Below are positions 1 to 11,639 of a stretch of DNA of 64,000 nt, piece by piece. Below the pieces are notes generated by a model that saw nothing but the letters and a program-made list of their open reading frames with translations, had not been told where the DNA came from and made no database searches. The stretch's first letter is position 1. Every line of letters begins with the position of its first letter. The translations under genes and the position numbers were made by a program. Origin of the DNA: Podarcis pityusensis (taxonomy: Eukaryota); assembly GCA_964106645.2 (NCBI GenBank), contig OZ067046.1, one strand, 5' to 3'.

Positions 1-1045
1 ACGCAGGCATGGTTGATTGTCCTCGAAAACACGTATCGGTAGACAATCCACTTCGCAGAGTTCCTGCACCAAACAAGCATAGAACTCTACTTCTCTGCAC
101 ATCTCTGAAAGAGCACTAAACTCAGCCTCAGTGGATGAGAGCGCTATCAGACTTTGCTTCTTGGACCTCCATCCAACTACTGAGTTCCCAAACTTCACCA
201 CTAGGCCAGACACAGACTTGCGATCCTCAAGATTAGCCCAATCCGAGTCCACAAAGCAAGTCAGTTTGACTTCTCCTTGTGCTGACAACATAAGACAAAA
301 ATCTTTGGTCTCCTGCAAATACCTCAGAACTCTTTTGATGCCATTCCAGGCTTGCACACTAGGGTTTGATGCCTCCCTGCTAAGCAGATTGACAGCAAAC
401 GCTATATCGGGTCTGCTCCACTGGGACAAGTACAACAAACTCCCTAGGGCTGACTGAAACACTTCAGTATTTTCGAACGCAGCGCGTTCTGCTTGCTGGC
501 TGTCCTTCACAAAACTAGTCTCCATAGGACTTCTCACTCCTGCACAATCACTCATCCTGAACTTCTGAAGCAATTGCTCAATTTTACCTCTCTGGCTGAG
601 CAAAAAACTTCCACCCTGTGCACGCTCAACATTGACACCTAGATAGGTTTTGACAGCACCAAGCTGTTTAAGCTTGAATCGTTTACCTAGCTCTTTGGCA
701 AACTTCTCCGCCTGTTCATCTGTTTCTGAGACGAAAAGCACGTCATCAACAAAAAACAACACCAGTTCCTGTGAGTCTCCTGATCCTCTAAGGAACAGGC
801 AACTGTCAGCAAGACTCTTCCTGAAACCTAGCTTCTCCAAAGCTTCATTCAGGCACATGTTCCAGTTTCTAGCAGATTGACGTAATCCATAGATGGATTT
901 GTGCAATCTCCACACAACATCCTGCCTTGAGTTCTCAAACCCCGGAGGAGGAATCATGTACAGCTCCTCCTGGAGATCTGAGTTAAGGTAGGCAACATCC
1001 ACATTAAAGTGGTTTACCTTCCAGCCTCTCTGTGCTGCACAAGCT
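1..1045 (-). pseudogene. Copia reverse transcriptase and RNase H (frame open to the window edge; absent from the ORF track)
   Basis: Manual translation gives ACAAQRGWKVNHFNVDVAYLNSDLQEELYMIPPPGF..LHKSIYGLRQSARNW..LFFVDDVL..SRPDIAFAV..CFVDSDWA..DRKSVSG..WRSKKQSLIALSSTEAEF..FEDNQ. It joins the upstream ORF through a 1-nt frameshift near 1045. Confidence 0.95.
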
Positions 1046-2689
1046 TAAAAGCGTTCTCAGAGTCTCCGCTCGTGACGTTGGCGAATACACCTCCGTGAAG
1101 TGTATTCCCTTCCTCTGAGTAAATCCTCGAGCAACTAACCTGGCTTTATACTGCGGCTCTCCAGCGTCAGTGGGTTTCAAGCGGTAAACCCATCTGGAAC
1201 TCACAGCCTGCTTACCCGGTGGCAACTCTGTGAGTGAGAACACACCTAGATCTTTCATGGACTTCATCTCTTTGTCCATTGCCCTGTGCCATTTGCCTGC
1301 TTCTTCCTCAGGTAAACTCTGAATATCCTCGAAGGATTCAGGTTCACATCTTGCAGAACCTACCCAGACGCTTGAAGCGTCGTACCGATCAGGAGGCCTC
1401 CTTGTCCTCGCTGATCTCCTCAGTGTGACTCCTGGTGACCCTGCCGCTTCATTGGGTCCAGCTAAATCATCCTCAACTTCAGTGTCTTCCCCCTCTGACC
1501 TGCTGCGCCTCTTGGGCCTTATAGCTGGTCCAGCAGGTGAAGAAGGCTCACTCTTTGGCTCAAACTTGACACTTGCCTGAGGAGGTGTTCTAGGTTCCCC
1601 CCTCTGAGGGATCCTGAGCTGTCCCTGCCTTGGACTCTGTCCCTCTGGACCGTGGTCCCCAGCTCCAAGTTCCTCCTCCTCCTCGTCTGAGTCATAGAAC
1701 TGCTGTGGAAGCACGTCTGGATTAGCGTGCAGACGCTTCCAACCAGCTTGCTCACAGAACTCAGCGCTATTGCTGATAACCAACCTAGACTGGTCTCCAC
1801 TTGGGTACGCAAACCTCCAGGCCTTTGAGCCAGGCTCATACCCTACAAAGATCATCCTTTTAGATCTTGGCTCACCTTTCTTGCGTAGAGCCTTTGGAAT
1901 AAGCACCCAAGCCTCACAACCAAACACACGAAGGTAGTGTACCTTAGGCTTATCTCCATGAAGTAAGAAATACGGTGTATTTCCCATACTAGAGTTGTAC
2001 ACTCTGTTCTCAGTATGGACCACATAGCGCCAAGCCTCCGACCAAAATTTCTGGGGTAGCCCTGCGTCCCACAGGATCGCAGACACAGCTTCCTGCACCG
2101 TCCTGTTCTTTCTCTCTGCGACCCCATTCTGTTGCGGAGAGTAAGGAGCGGTCAGTCTGTGGCTAATCCCCTTCTCCCTAAAGAAATCCTGTAAAGCAGA
2201 ACCAGTGAATTCAGCACCTCTGTCACTTTGAAAACCACGAACTTTGGTGGAAAAGGTTACCTCAACTGCGGTGATCCAATCCCTGATCATTTTTGCCGCC
2301 TCCCCTTTCGTTTTCAGAGAGAAGGTCCAAGCAGACCTCGAAAAATCATCAATCAAAAGCAAAGAATACTTCGAACCTCCCAGTGACTCAACAGACATGG
2401 GTCCACACAAATCTGCATGAATTAATTCAAAGGGTTGTGTGGTCTGCCTCTCTGACTTTGGATATGAGCATGTCACAACTTTCGCCTGTTTACATGCATT
2501 GCAATCTAGAAATTTGTCACAAACATTAAATTTGCACCCTTGTGTCAGCTCTGGTGCTTTCTGGAGAAATTTCCAATTCAAATGAGCGAAGCGTCTGTGC
2601 CAAATATGTAAACAGCCATTGTGGGGTGCTACATTCACACATTGGCCCTTCGCATCTTCGGTGTCATCCTCTCCTGTGGAAAAAGGCAC
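1004..2689 (-). pseudogene. Copia integrase and RT N-terminus
   Basis: Motifs WHRRFAH..CNAC (zinc-binding), LIHADLCGP, FQSDRGAEF and NGVAERKNR (DDE), LRVFGC..FVGY, then the RT start RWVYRLK..YKARLVARGFTQ. Confidence 0.96.
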
Positions 2690-2701
2690 ATTTAGAGCAA
2701 A

Positions 2702-4030
2702 CTAATTATCTTTAGACTGCACTGTGTACACGTGTTTCACATCCTTGGAAAATTCACATTTGTCACCTGCAAAAGAAATTTGAAAATTATCAATCAATAG
2801 ATCATGCACACTTAACAAACAGTTAGTTAAACCGGGCACTGCATAAGCTTTGACTTCATGCTTAAGGAAAGGACAAAAGAACAGTCCTGTTTCTGTTAGC
2901 CTTTTTCTGCTCCCATCTGCAAACTTAACAAACTTCTCAGTTTTTACTGTCCTGCAATTCCTCAAAAGATCAGCAGATGGCACTAGCGAATTTGAGGCAC
3001 CACTGTCAATTATTATAGTGATAAAGTCTTGTTGTTTACATTCCTGGGTCGCCAGGGCAACAATCTCCTCACTACCCCCCTCCTTGGGGCTTCTGCAGAT
3101 GTCCTCTCTGGTTGTCACAGCAACAGACTCCCCCCGGCAGGAAGACTTGCCCACGACCTTCACAGCTTCCATAGATGCAACTCTCTCAGTTGCCATGGAG
3201 ACTGGACTTGTCTCGGCATTCCCACACAACTCTGAAGCTCTTATCTCAACTTGCTGCAGGTGGCTGACCTTGAAGCCTCTAGCCCTTTTCAGCTTCCCAG
3301 GCTCCGACTCACGACGTAAGCAACTCTTGGCAGCTTTTGGAGAAAGAGGCGTCTCTGAGCTTTCACTGCTCACTGCCCCCCCACTGCTCACGGGGTCTCC
3401 AGAACGTTTTTCTGCACCCCCTCTGAAGGGTAAAGGGCTCTCAACACTCGGCCTCTCTCCAGGTTCTTCACACAGACACGTTGCAGCATCCACACAGCTC
3501 CCAGGCTCAGCAAAAGAACAAGCAGCATTGCTAGCAACAACAACAGCAACAGCAACAGTCCCTTCGCCCCTCTGTGGGGGCTCACAGCTCTTCCCAGCTG
3601 TGTATTGGCACTCAAGGATGTGGCCGGCGCCATCTTGCCTCTCCCTTTCGGATGCAGCCCCTTCTCGGCCCTTGCTTCCCACTCCAGCTCCACAAGCTTC
3701 TTGGAGTGCTAGCCAAGCGGCCTCTGGCTTTCTTGCACCCAGGACAACAGGCACCAGATGAGCATCCACACTTTCTGCCAAAAAAGCAAGCACACGCTTC
3801 TCCACTTCACTTTGCTCTGCAGCCCTATTAGCCTCTCCTTTCCCAGCTGCATTCTGTGTGGGGTGAATTACATTCCACAGCTGCTCCCCCACTAGCAAAA
3901 GCTCCACTTGAAAGCTCCACTGCAGCCAATTTTGGCTAGTCAGTCTCTGACATGGCAGTTTAAACTCAAAGCCATGTTCACAGGGCTGAGCCATTGCCTC
4001 CTTCTGTTGGCTTTTCCCAAAGGTACTCAC
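2702..4030 (-). pseudogene. Copia gag-like protein and aspartic protease (likely start ATG at 3994)
   Basis: Copia gag N-terminus LTSQNWLQWSFQVELLL..LW..AW, protease motif IIDSGAS, and VPGL..CLLSV. Same frame as the integrase ORF, separated from it by a single TAG at 2702-2704. Confidence 0.9.
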
Positions 4031-4182
4031 TCAGCCAAACTGGAAACTCCGGACGTCATGGCTCTTGGCTCCCAGCCTCCGTCAGCCTCCTCCGATCTGC
4101 CTCTTTGAAGTCTCCGGCAGTCAATCAAGCTGACGACCAGCAGATAAAGCTTCAAAGCCCTTCCTCACCCGCTTCACGTTGA

Positions 4183-4191
4183 CCCATAACC
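4183..4191 (-). promoter_or_regulatory. Primer binding site GGTTATGGG (internal tRNA-iMet, Drosophila-copia type)
   Basis: Lies 1 nt after the LTR-terminal CA and is complementary to the CCCATAACC anticodon arm of initiator tRNA-Met. Confidence 0.75.
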
Positions 4192-4192
4192 A

Positions 4193-4563
4193 TGTTAGGT
4201 AAGATTTATTGCTTTACTCTTGGTGTCCGGCACGCTCCCCTGCACCTCTGCAGGTCGTAAAGCAATTAGCACAGCGTCCGTGTAGAAAGAGCAGTAAAGA
4301 AGTCCCACACGTTTCTTCTTTCCTAGTAGCACTTTATTTGCTCAAAAGTAGCATATTTACAATTCATATACACCATCTGATTGAAGCTGCATTTTGCTCT
4401 GCGTCTCTCTCTCAGCTTGCAGCTGCGCAACCAAAGCTGCTTTCACTTTTCACTCAGCTCACAGCATTCCAAGCTGCTTTCGTCACGTCCTGGCTTACTT
4501 CCCTTGTAAGCGCCTCCTCTCAGCCTCGAGACACAGAAGGTTAACCCTTCACTACACCCAACA
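4193..4563 (-). repeat. 5' LTR of the Copia element (371 bp)
   Basis: Minus-strand termini TGTTGGG...CCTAACA, internal AATAAA signals, adjacent PBS. Confidence 0.88.
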
Positions 4564-4661
4564 TGAATCAAGCCCACGCTTACTTGATTGCATTGAGCAA
4601 CTCACAGATAACACATCTGTATATACTTATACAAAAATGAATGTTAGTGAAATTTTTATTA

Positions 4662-5500
4662 GAAACATTATTATTATTAATTACATAAATATGTATAGTG
4701 CCCTTCACCTGAAGATCCCGGGGAGGTTCACAACCGAAAAATACAAAATGAGAACACAAAATATATAATAAAACAAAAACAAACCAACAACCCCTCTCCC
4801 ACAAACACATAGAATTTTAATCAGCCAAACGGCTGGTTATAGAGAAACATTTTTGCCTGGTGCCTAATGATATGTAATGAAGGTGCCCGGTGAGCATCCC
4901 TGGAGGGAGCATTCCACAAATGGGGAGCCACTGTAGGCCTGTTCTCATCTGGCTGCACACCAGACATCTTGCAGAGGAGGCACATGAGGAAACGCCTCAG
5001 ATGATAATAACCTAGAACTCTGGGTGAGTGGTCTGTACCACATGGTGTGGCTGTGGTGGTTCATATGGGAAGATGTGGTCCCTGAGGTACTGTGGTCCTG
5101 AGCCATTTAAACCTTTATAGGTCAAAACCAGCAATTTGAATTGGACCCAGAAACTAAGTGGCAACAGGTGAAGTCAGGCCAGCATTGGCATTCTATGCTT
5201 AGACCACCTTGCCCCTGTGATCAACCTGGCTAGTGAATTCTGCACCAGCTGAAGTTTCTGAACCATCTCCAGAGGCAGCCCACATATAACACATTAGAGC
5301 AATCTAACCTAGAACATAGATGTCAGAAAGTAGACTATCTCTGTCCAGATAGGGTCACAGGTGGGCCACCAGCCAAATCTGATGGAAGGCACTCCATGTC
5401 ACTGAGGCCACCTGAGCCTCAAATGACAGCAATGGGTCCAGAAGTACCCCCAAGCTGTGTAGACGGGTGTAACCCCATCAAGAGCAAGCAACCTTTCATC
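4662..5500 (-). mobile_element. L2 LINE 3' fragment
   Basis: (ATT)n tail plus degenerate ORF2 C-terminus (reverse complement reads LHLLPLSFWVQFKLLVLTYK, similar to L2 LHWLP..FKxL). Boundaries approximate. Confidence 0.75.
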
Positions 5501-6490
5501 CATTTGTGTGATTAAAGAACAAATCAGAAGACAAAAGGTTTTGTGGGTGTTGGGAAGATCAAAAAGAGATTGCATGAAAAGAGTCAGTTTGCTTCACTTA
5601 GTTTTATTGCTATTGAATAGTGTCACTTTTAATATCAGAGTCCACCATGTCTTTTTTGCCACAAGGGACTTCTTCTTTGAGAATGTTTGGCCTCCTGTTT
5701 TGAAGCTGATTGTAGCAACTTCCTCCAACTTTGGGTTGGATATCTGGCTCAGTAACCATTGTGAACAAATCTCAGCTCCTATACACTGGTGGTAAGCAAG
5801 TGCAACTTGTGATACCGTACAATGCATTTATTGATATGGAAGTGAAGGCATAAACTTTTACTTACAATTTCCTTTCTCCTTTCCTTTCTTCCTGTGTGCG
5901 TATCTATCAATTTGGAGAATTGCAGAATTTGCCTTAGTTTCATTTTGCTTTAACATTGTACAAATAAGTTTCTGTTGGAAACTTGCAAGGAAATGTCTAT
6001 ACAGTGCCACCGGCTTTTTGGCAACCTGTCCATAATCTAGAAATGCACATTCAGAACCATTTCCACGCATTTCAGAAACATTTGTTAACAACTCCAGTCA
6101 CCATAACGTAACCATAAATGCCAACTGAGAATTCCACAACAGCTTGTTGCCATGGATAACTTCAACAAGAATGTCACACGAAATGACAAGACATTAAATA
6201 AATCTGAATGATGATATTTGTGCCTTTAAGATCCTGGGCTTCAGTGTATGTTAGCAAAACTTCACCTGTTTTGAACAAAAGCACTGTGTAAACTCCAAAA
6301 CTGCAGTGTCGAGTGCAGAAATAGTCCTTCCTAGTATTAATAGAATACATTTGCAAGTGGCAGAAATGTCACGTTTGCCTGGTTTATTGGATTTTCTGAT
6401 AAAAGATGAAGAAAGGAAAATGTTGTCAGTCATCTAGAATGAAGCAGAGAATGTGGTTAATCAATTTGACATGTCATCTCCTCCCGATAT

Positions 6491-6514
6491 ACACACACAC
6501 ACACACACACACAC
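6491..6514. repeat. (AC)n microsatellite
   Basis: Direct read. Confidence 0.95.
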
Positions 6515-7950
6515 ATGCATACATATTTGTGCCTTGTAAACACATGTGAAAAGGCTGGAAAAAATATAGAATATGGCATTATCATTTGTATCTAAATCTG
6601 TCTAAATCCAATCACTTCCATACAAAGCAGGAAGACACAACAGCAGCAGCAGCAGCAGCAGCAACAACACTATTTCTGCTGTACTCCGTTAGTCCCTAAA
6701 CTGCCAAAAGTGACCAAATCAAGAAGATTAACCTATTTAGACAACACAGCAGTCCATCCAGCACTCCGTGTCGCTATTCATTGTGAAGTAGGCAAAAAAA
6801 CCAATCTGTGATCCAAAATGCAGATTTGGAAATCTTCCTACATGGCCCCCTAGTGGTGACCCCAAAGCACACTGAGCGACTGGTAGGGAGGGCAGGTGCT
6901 GCTGCAAATGGAGAGGCTGGAGGAAAGACAGATTGTCCCTTACTTAGGGATCAAGCCCTGCCCACTCAGTCAGACCACCTTAGAAATGCTTCAGTCGGTG
7001 CAGGGAATTTACCTGCTCTGCCTCTCTTGCTCAACAGTTCAAAAAGGCATCCAGCCTTCTTGGCTCTGCCTAGGCCTTTTGGTTAAACATTCCTTTGTTC
7101 TCAACTAATATACACCAAGAGAACTGAAATCCTCAAGAGATCTGCATAGCACATAAACTACAGAAATTCCCTGTGCTGCAAAAGCTGCCCACACTTCTCT
7201 TTCTGTTGAGTAAAATGGGAATATTTTAAGCTCCCAGGTTTAAAATCACACAACACATTTCCACCAAACCAATCATGAAACACTTTATTTTTTTAAAAAA
7301 AACCAGTTTATTTTCCTTTTCTTGACACAGTCATAGGAAATAGTGAAAATAACATCTCCTTGCCAAATCTTTAAACTGTGTTTGTTCAGTTATTTCATAT
7401 TTAATTTGTCTGAAGCATGGAAACATTTTACACATTATGTGCCTTATGAATGAAAGCTCCATACGAAATATTACCACGATAGGATGGATTCTATTAATTT
7501 AAGGAGGAATAACAATTGTGTGTTTATACATTTTTGTGTGCTAAAATATGAAGAAGGAGTTGTGTGTAAACTATCAATCTGTTCCTATGGATCTCTCCAT
7601 ATATCAAATAAATAGTAAACTCAGAAAAACGTTTTCAGGAAAAGTTACCTACAGTGAGGGATATCTAGAAATCTAGGCTTTCAAGGCTTTCAAGGCTTTC
7701 AACAAATCAGCTTCACTGCTTCTATTTCAAAAATCATTGCATTGGGCAGGATGAGTGGTGGAATCTATGTGAATAGAATCTGGTAAAGTGGAAGACTTAT
7801 AATGCGTTGTGGCAGGAGAGAAGCCATAGTTCCTGTAGATAAAGCCAACACAAATTTCCAGCAAACCACTTCAGAAAGCATGAACTAATAATGTGCAGAA
7901 TGGAAGGGAGCATGGGCATCCCATGCTGGCACCCAGTGTAACAGGGCTAA

Positions 7951-8770
7951 CCAGGAGTAGCCAACATGGTGCTTGTGGGCATCAGTGTGCCTGCCAGTAT
8001 CTCCAGTGATGTGCAGAAAAAGGTCTCAGTAAATGTCATCTTAAAAAAAAAAAAACCAATGCATGAGACAATTTGTTCTTCCTGCCCAGTTCCTGTTTGC
8101 ACTGGTTCAGCCTCTTCCGCATTGAACATAACCTTGTACACTTGCCCTATTTCAGGGGTTCGCAGACTGTGGCCCAGGGACCACCAGTGGTCTGTTAGCA
8201 TCATAAGAGGTGGTCTTTGGCATGTATGTGAAGAACACTTGCAGTCTGAATTTTATGGAATTCAAATTGTGCACAATAAAATATAGTATGAGAAATGATA
8301 GCAATGGAAATACAGTTAAAAAGCATACAGAATCTGGCACAGCACGCTGCAGATTCTGCAATACAAGTTGGGGGGAGGGAATATTACACGTTTTTCCAAG
8401 ATCCTCAGCAATTTTCAAGTGGTCCGTTGGGAAAAAGCCCTGTCACACTGGATGCCAGCATGGGATGCCCATGCTGCCTTATATTCTGAACAGAGGAGAC
8501 ATGTGAGGAGGCTCTCTTTGTGTGCTGATGTAGGTGCATTTTTGTAGGGGGAGGGGTGGAGATGTGGAGGTAGACATGCCTACATGTCTCATTATGGCCC
8601 TGTCTCATTCTCTATGATTTTAGATGTGTCAGCCATTATGTGTAAAGCTGCTGCCATTTTGTGTAAAGCTGCACACCCATTTTGTGGTGGCCATTTTGTG
8701 ACTGGCACCCATGGCACTTTCTCAAGATTCCAAATGTGCCCACTGACCCAAAAAGGTTGGCAGCCCCTGG
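7951..8770. mobile_element. Composite of degraded hAT-type non-autonomous elements
   Basis: Outer ends CAGGAGTAGCCAAC...GTTGGCAGCCCCTG. The inner element (~8152-8436) is homologous in reverse orientation to the element at ~59803. Confidence 0.55.
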
Positions 8771-11639
8771 TTTATGCAAGCCAGGGATCTCCATAAAACA
8801 CAGCCAAGTGAACTAAACCACGGACACCAGAAAAATATTTCACACATGAATGCAGTATAGTGGTTAAAAAGCAACTGAGCAATTATAACCATTTACAAAT
8901 GCATCTGTTCCCAAAGTTCCAGCAGCAAAGGCTCTGGCCCTTCATTATCAGCTTGTCCTATATATTCCATTTTTTAAATGACAAGATTAGCCCTTGGGTT
9001 GGATGAATGAAATACAAAATGAATTCTGTGAGATGTTAAAACAAACGAAGACCTTTTGCAGTCATAACACTGCACATGAGGAAAAATTAAAAATAAAAAA
9101 TGTTTCCCTTGGATTTAAAAATATACCTGTAGTACTTCAGGTGATTGTTTTCTTACTGACTTCAGATTGTGAGTCACAAAGGGTCTGCAAGTTTCATTTG
9201 ATGAAGCAGATCCCTCAAGGTCCAATTATAGAGGGTGACATTCAATCAACCACTGCGGGTTTGCTTAGAAATGTTGTTTTCCTAGGACTGATGTGGATAA
9301 CGAGAGAAAATAAATAAATGAGTGCTCAGAACATAGAAATGCATCTTTCAGTTAAAGCAGCCAAAACTGTAGCAAAATATTTCTGTGAAATCAGTTATTT
9401 TATACATACATGCATGCATGCATGCATGCATATATATTGTTTTGCAATACAGGTGCCCTAATGTCTTATCTCTTATATCAACTTTAGATTAAAATGTGTA
9501 ATTAGTTACCAGCATTGCTTCAGTTTGCTTCCTTATTTTTTTATATAAAATGTAACAGTATTCTCTTTAAGGCAGTTAGAAATCTCACAGCTATTTATTC
9601 TGGAATAAAAGCAAAATATATATATATGATAAAAAGAAGTGTGTAGTTCTCTGGTCACTGGGATATCAAATGGAGTTCCCATATAAGAGAAAGAGATCCA
9701 TCATCTCCACTATTACTGGTTCCTCTGAAGGACTGGCCCAACCAATGTTGTGTAGGGCCAAAAGCAGGTATAGGTGTGTCTGGACCATTCTGGGAAGTGG
9801 TTTGGATCCAAAGCCATCCTAGTTCACACACAAACACAAACCCTGAAGAATATTAAGGCATGCTTCTGTTTAAAGTCAAAAGGAGAATGATTCGGCTGAA
9901 CTGGGAAAGTCAGAGGCTGAGGCTTATAGCTTAGTTATGGGACCCCTACATTTCTTTCCAAAATTTTGAACACCACCCTAAGCAACCCAAAGTTTCACAA
10001 CATGTTTGGAGTACCAGTGTAGTCTATGACTAAACTAGGTGAAAAATACTGCATCACAGAACTAAGTCTGAGTTGATAATACCAGCTTTCACTAAAATCA
10101 AGTTAACTTGTCCTAAGGTTATTGAATATAGGATTCTAATCCTTCTGTCTTCAATGCTTAGAAGCTTCTTCACACCAGTGTTGCACCAGTTAATTAAATG
10201 TGAGTTTTGCTGCTTTTATTGACATGCCAGCTTTACCCTGGAAGATGCATTGCATTCTTCTGCATGAAATAGACAGATCTTCTGATAAACTTTAGCACCA
10301 TTACTAACTAAAATAACATTAACGGCAGTTATTTTAAAGGACTGATAATGATCACACTCCCTGGTGACCTGTCCCAAATATCTTTTGGGGGAAGTGCTTT
10401 CATCACTCCATTATTCAGTGTCATGACAGTCCTTTCAGATTCATGGACATTTGGGACAGCTTTAGATAAATTCATCATTTCTAAATCCTTCACTTCTAGC
10501 AATGAACTCCTACAGTTGTGTGTTCATGTGTTTTATTTACTGGGAAGTCAAGGAAGCCCATCTTTCAGAAATGTTATTGAATGTGCAATGCTCTACAGCT
10601 TTGGATGTGATAAGTAGCATGCATCCAAAACTGTTTTACGTCATTTTGTGTGTACATGTAGTTATTATACCTTTTCTTCTAATAGTGAACTCAGGTAAAT
10701 TCTCTTTAGATCTTCATGTTCTAGCCATATGGCTATGCCCAGTGACTCCATTCAACAGCATGCCCTTGGACTCCCAAGATTACACCAAATGTGAATTTAA
10801 GTACTCACATCATAGCATCACATTTTGGGCAAAGCTGGGGCCCTGTCACAAGCAGTCCATCCCTTTTAATCCCTGAGGAACAGGAGAGGTAGATTGCAGG
10901 GTTTTAGCAGCACACAGAGCCCTTTCAAGACACCTGAACTCAGGTAGAGAGTATCAAGAAAAATGGAATCAAAATGGAGCCACTGAAAAACAAGTGGAAG
11001 ATTTTAGCATACTGTACTTGGAGGGAACCTTAACTTTTCAGAAATACAACCCCCACATACCTCCCCCCTTTTTTTTACAAAACACCCAAAACAGTGAAGA
11101 GAGAGAGGACTGAGCATGTTCAGTAACAAAGGGGGTATTAGTATAAAAAGGATAACCAGGGTTATGGAAATGGAATGGAGTGGCTTCCTGTAGGAAGACA
11201 TGATGAGCTAGCTGGAATTCTTCACAGGAGCACATTGCAATACATTGCAGCATTTTTGCTGCACACTCCACAATTGTATAAAATGCCATTTCAAAACAAA
11301 CAGCATTGGTTTCTGTGATATACCTTATGTTGTAAATTGAAGGTTTTTTGTGATGCGGTAAAAAGAGAAATCTTTGAGGCAGCCTGATTTCAAATTGTGT
11401 CAGGACGTATTTCCACATAAAATGGATCCAACCATGTACTTTGTGACTCACAAAACCCAAACGTGCGTTTGGGGTGGGTGGGGATGTCATCCATCTCTTT
11501 TACATTATACATATCATCAAATGCCCCTGAAGCTGAATGATTTATAACACAAATTTGTTGTATAAAAATACGAAGGTTGGAAAATTCTTATGATCATAGC
11601 AGATGGTGTGGTGTTGCTATGCTGCTCACCTGATGTTTG

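Larger units (their letters stand above)
1..4563 (-). mobile_element. Ty1/Copia LTR retrotransposon, 5' part (continues beyond the window start); defective copy
   Basis: Minus-strand order is LTR, PBS, gag, protease (IIDSGAS), integrase (HHCC, DDE), RT, RNase H. Integrase before RT is diagnostic of Copia. Confidence 0.97.

Noticed and set aside
2695-2710. Programmed stop-codon readthrough between protease and integrase
   Set aside because: No CARYYA-type context, the position is atypical for Copia recoding, and a TTG>TAG mutation explains it.
2850-3761. 303-aa antisense ORF in the Copia element
   Set aside because: Shadow of the gag frame; Ser/Ala/Leu-rich with no motif.
5508-6091. Candidate host exons ending in GTAAG on either strand
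   Set aside because: No recognisable protein similarity and no consistent chain of exons.
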